NCBI GenBank assembly: GCA_003222135.1
Contig: QHUM01000039.1
Span: forward strand, 139,115 to 203,114
Reading direction: 5' to 3'
Source of the DNA: Gemmatimonadota bacterium
GTDB taxonomy: Bacteria; Gemmatimonadota; Gemmatimonadetes; Gemmatimonadales; GWC2-71-9
DNA length: 64,000 nucleotides
Shown here: piece after piece, positions 61,221-64,000 of the stretch
Layout of the letters: each line of letters starts with the position of its first letter
Numbering within the stretch: position 1 is the first letter of the stretch
Notes under the pieces: generated by a model
What the model saw: only the letters and a program-made list of their open reading frames with translations
Databases searched by the model: none
What the model was told of the DNA's origin: nothing
Position numbers and translations under genes: made by a program

Positions 61221-64000
61221 ATGCCCCTCTCCGGTTTCCACCCCGTGATCGAGCGCTGGTTCGGCGCCCGGTTCGCGGAGCCCACCGAGCCGCAGCGGGG
61301 CGCGTGGCCCGTCATTCAAGCGGGTCGCAACGCGCTGATCGCCGCGCCCACGGGCTCGGGGAAAACGTTCGCCGCCTTCCTGGCGGCAATCGACTCCCTG
61401 TTGCGCCAGGGGCTCGAGGGGACGCTACGCGACGAGACCCAGGTGGTGTACGTCTCGCCGCTGAAGGCGCTCTCCAACGACGTTCAAAAGAACCTGGCCG
61501 AGCCGCTCGCGGAGATCCGGCACACCCTCGAGGCGATGTGCCTCCCGGACGTCGAGATCCGCACGCTCGTTCGCACCGGCGACACGCCGGCGGCGGAGCG
61601 GCAAGCGATGGTGCACCGGCCCCCTCACATCCTCGTCACGACGCCCGAGTCGCTATACCTGATCCTCACGTCGGAGCGCGCGCGCGAGATGCTCCGCAGC
61701 GTGCGAACCGTAATCGTGGACGAGATCCACGCCGTGGCGCGCGACAAGCGCGGCAGCCACCTCGCGCTGTCGCTCGAGCGGCTCGACCACCTCGCGGGCC
61801 GGCGGCTGCAGCGCATCGGGCTCTCGGCGACCCAAAAGCCGATCGAAGACATCGCGCAGTTCCTGGTCGGCGCCAATCGAGCCCCGGCATCTGAGTCCCG
61901 AGCCCCCACCATCATCGACTCCGGGCACGCCCGCGCGCTCGATCTCGCCATCGAGATCCTCTCCTCCCCACTCGAGGCCGTGATGGCGGGCGAGGTGTGG
62001 GACGAGCTGTACGACCGGCTGGCGCAGCTGATCGGCGAGCACCGCACCACGCTCGTGTTCGTCAACACGCGGCGCCTCGCGGAGCGGGTCACGCTGCACC
62101 TCTCCGAGCGTCTCGGCGCGGAATACGTGACGTCGCATCATGGCAGCCTGTCCAAAGAGAAGCGGCTCGACGCGGAGATGCGGCTCAAGGAGGGCAAGCT
62201 CAAGGCGCTTGTCGCGACGGCATCGCTCGAGCTGGGAATCGACATCGGCTCCGTGGATCTGGTGTGCCAGATCGGCTCGACGCGCTCGATCGCGACGCTG
62301 CTGCAGCGCGTGGGACGCGCGGGGCATCACCTCCAGGCGATCCCCAAGGGACGGCTGTTCCCGCTGTCGCGCGACGAGCTGATCGAATGTGCGGCGCTGG
62401 TGCGGGCGACCGCCGAGCGCCGGCTCGACCGGCTGGTGATCCCCGACCACCCACTCGACATCCTGGCGCAGCAGATCGTCGCGGCCGCCGCAGGGGACGA
62501 GTGGGACGAAGCGGTGCTGTACGACCTGGTGCGCGGCGCGTATCCCTATCGCGACCTGTCCCGCAAGGACTTCGACGACGTGGTGCAGATGCTGGCGGAG
62601 GGCTTCACCACGCGCCGGGGCCGGCGCGGCGCGTACATCCACTACGACGGCGTGAACCGCCGGCTGCGCGGCCGGCGCGGCGCCCGGCTCGCAGCGATCA
62701 CTTCGGGCGGCGCGATCCCCGACATCGGGGACTACCGCGTGATCCTCGAGCCGACGGAAACGTTCGTCGGCACCCTGAACGAGGACTTCGCGATCGAGAG
62801 CATGCCGGGTGACATCTTCCAGCTTGGCAACAGCTCCTATCTGATCAACCGGATCGAGTCGGGGCAGGTGCGGGTGGTGGATGCGCAGGGCCAGCCGCCC
62901 AGCATTCCGTTCTGGCTGGGTGAAGCCCCGGCGCGCACGGCGGAGCTGTCGGAGGAAGTCTCCCGGCTCAGGCAGGACATCGCGGACCGTCTGGGCGATC
63001 CGCCCGGCGCGATCGCCTGGCTCGTGGGCGCCGTGCCGGGACTCCCCGAGGCCGCCGCCCGCCAGATGGTCGAGTACCTGGACGCCGCGCTGCGGATCCT
63101 CGGCGTCATCCCCACGCAGCAGACGCTCGTGCTCGAGCGGTTCTTCGACGAGGCGGGCGGGATGCAGCTCGTGCTGCACGCGCCGTTCGGCAGTCGCGTG
63201 AACCGGGCGTGGGGCCTCGCGCTGCGCAAGCGCTTCTGTCGCAGCTTCAACTTCGAGCTGCAGGCGGCAGCGACCGAGGACGCCATCGTCCTGTCGCTCG
63301 GGCCGCAGCACAGCTTCCCGCTGGATGACGTGTTTCACTACTTGCAGCCCGACACCGCGGAGCACCTGCTGGTGCAGGCGATGCTGGACGCGCCCATGTT
63401 CGGCTCGCGCTGGCGCTGGAACGCGACGCGCGCGCTCGCCGTGCTGCGCTCGCGCGGCGGCAAGAAGGTGCCGACGCCGTTGCAGCGCATGGATGCGGAG
63501 GACCTGGTCGCCGCCGTCTTCCCCGACCAGCTCGCGTGCCCCGAAAACCTGGTGGGTGACCGGGAGATCCCCGACCATCCGCTGGTGCAGCAGACGATCG
63601 CCGACTGCCTGCTCGAGGCGATGGATTTTCCGGGTCTGAAGCGGGTGCTCGAAGGCATGGATGCGGGACGCTTCACGCTGGTGGCGCGCGACACGCCGGA
63701 GCCCTCGCCTCTGTCGCACGAGGTGCTGAACGCCAAGCCGTACGCGTTCCTGGACGACGCCCCGCTGGAAGAGCGCCGCACCCAGGCCGTGATCACCCGC
63801 CGCGGCCTCGACGTGAAGACGGCCGACGAGCTCGGCACGCTCGACCGGGATGCGATCGACCGGGTGAAGGACGAGGCGTGGCCGGAGGCTGGGAGTGCGG
63901 ACGAGTTGCATGACGCCTTGCTGGTGATGGGGGCAATACCGATTGCGGATTGCGGATTGCGGAATGCGGAATGGCAGGGGCGGTTCGAGGAGCTCGCCGG
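61221..64000 (+). CDS. lhr: Lhr-like DEAD/DEAH-box helicase, N-terminal about 926 codons (3' end lies outside the window)
   Basis: From ATG 61221 the frame stays open to the window edge, which explains its absence from the track. Motifs present: [20 protein letters not shown] and HHGSLSKE, plus an Lhr-type winged-helix region. Confidence 0.9.
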   Translation, partial: MPLSGFHPVIERWFGARFAEPTEPQRGAWPVIQAGRNALIAAPTGSGKTFAAFLAAIDSLLRQGLEGTLRDETQVVYVSPLKALSNDVQKNLAEPLAEIRHTLEAMCLPDVEIRTLVRTGDTPAAERQAMVHRPPHILVTTPESLYLILTSERAREMLRSVRTVIVDEIHAVARDKRGSHLALSLERLDHLAGRRLQRIGLSATQKPIEDIAQFLVGANRAPASESRAPTIIDSGHARALDLAIEILSSPLEAVMAGEVWDELYDRLAQLIGEHRTTLVFVNTRRLAERVTLHLSERLGAEYVTSHHGSLSKEKRLDAEMRLKEGKLKALVATASLELGIDIGSVDLVCQIGSTRSIATLLQRVGRAGHHLQAIPKGRLFPLSRDELIECAALVRATAERRLDRLVIPDHPLDILAQQIVAAAAGDEWDEAVLYDLVRGAYPYRDLSRKDFDDVVQMLAEGFTTRRGRRGAYIHYDGVNRRLRGRRGARLAAITSGGAIPDIGDYRVILEPTETFVGTLNEDFAIESMPGDIFQLGNSSYLINRIESGQVRVVDAQGQPPSIPFWLGEAPARTAELSEEVSRLRQDIADRLGDPPGAIAWLVGAVPGLPEAAARQMVEYLDAALRILGVIPTQQTLVLERFFDEAGGMQLVLHAPFGSRVNRAWGLALRKRFCRSFNFELQAAATEDAIVLSLGPQHSFPLDDVFHYLQPDTAEHLLVQAMLDAPMFGSRWRWNATRALAVLRSRGGKKVPTPLQRMDAEDLVAAVFPDQLACPENLVGDREIPDHPLVQQTIADCLLEAMDFPGLKRVLEGMDAGRFTLVARDTPEPSPLSHEVLNAKPYAFLDDAPLEERRTQAVITRRGLDVKTADELGTLDRDAIDRVKDEAWPEAGSADELHDALLVMGAIPIADCGLRNAEWQGRFEELA
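63941..63975 (+). repeat. Heptanucleotide tandem repeat inside lhr
   Basis: GATTGCG x3, then GAATGCG, then GAATGGC, read directly. It encodes [11 protein letters not shown]. Confidence 0.9.

Noticed and set aside
1-64000. A search for tRNA, rRNA, transposase or integrase genes, prophage genes or defence-system genes.
   Set aside because: Apart from the low-confidence hypothetical CDSs at 11876-12208 and 15214-15492, all gaps left by the CDS model are shorter than 260 nt. None shows a cloverleaf-like arrangement or rRNA-like sequence by eye. No ORF has recombinase, phage or known defence signatures. This is eye inspection only, and tRNAscan/Infernal would be decisive.

Overview
This is a visibly high-GC bacterial chromosomal segment (GC not computed) that is densely coding. 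I support about 47 protein genes. I found no rRNA, tRNA, CRISPR array, transposase or integrase by eye. The many long ORFs in the six-frame track that run antisense to real genes are high-GC artefacts.

Gene content by region:
- 1-4 kb: an MFS / ATP-grasp / multi-zinc-ribbon HExxH / HEAT-repeat block.
- 4-7.4 kb: a glpD, dihaem cytochrome c and Tat-DsrE-like operon.
- 7.5-12 kb: fatty-acid beta-oxidation (fadI/fadJ-like) and proline dehydrogenase.
- 12-24.7 kb: housekeeping genes, including rsgA, a MazG-like protein, DUF1015, DJ-1/PfpI, an amidohydrolase, a flavin reductase, a fused E1 alpha/beta 2-oxoacid dehydrogenase, a membrane spermidine-synthase-like protein and a Ser/Thr kinase.
- 25-33 kb: lon, followed by two outer-membrane proteins.
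- 33.3-35.5 kb: a TrmB / hydrolase / TetR mini-operon.
- 36.9-53.3 kb: a block encoding mostly secreted or envelope proteins, all on the minus strand except one cytoplasmic plus-strand gene (aconitase-family, 38598-40634). It holds M28, M14 and S9 peptidases, a DUF4015 glycosidase, two tandem OmpA-thrombospondin paralogues, a Kelch lipoprotein and a 7TM-GAF chemoreceptor.
- 53.4-64 kb: pfk, DUF2167, a DEAH helicase, a Fis-type regulator, a thioesterase, ispH and a truncated lhr.

Most notable observations:
1. An unannotated Rdx/SelW-like selenoprotein gene (53381-53620). It has an in-frame TGA in a CxxU motif and an fdhF-like SECIS hairpin, and it is invisible in the ORF track.
2. A 25-nt near-perfect inverted repeat (24/25) that brackets the start codon and signal peptide of the S9 peptidase. 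A third related copy lies inside ispH.
3. Three CTGA stop/start overlaps that imply CTG-initiated, translationally coupled genes.
4. AT-rich palindromic candidate operators in front of the TrmB-like and TetR genes.
5. A near-consensus sigma-54 promoter in front of lon.
6. A domain-permuted aconitase-family protein.

The composition and gene content resemble soil phyla such as Gemmatimonadota, but this cannot be established without a database search.
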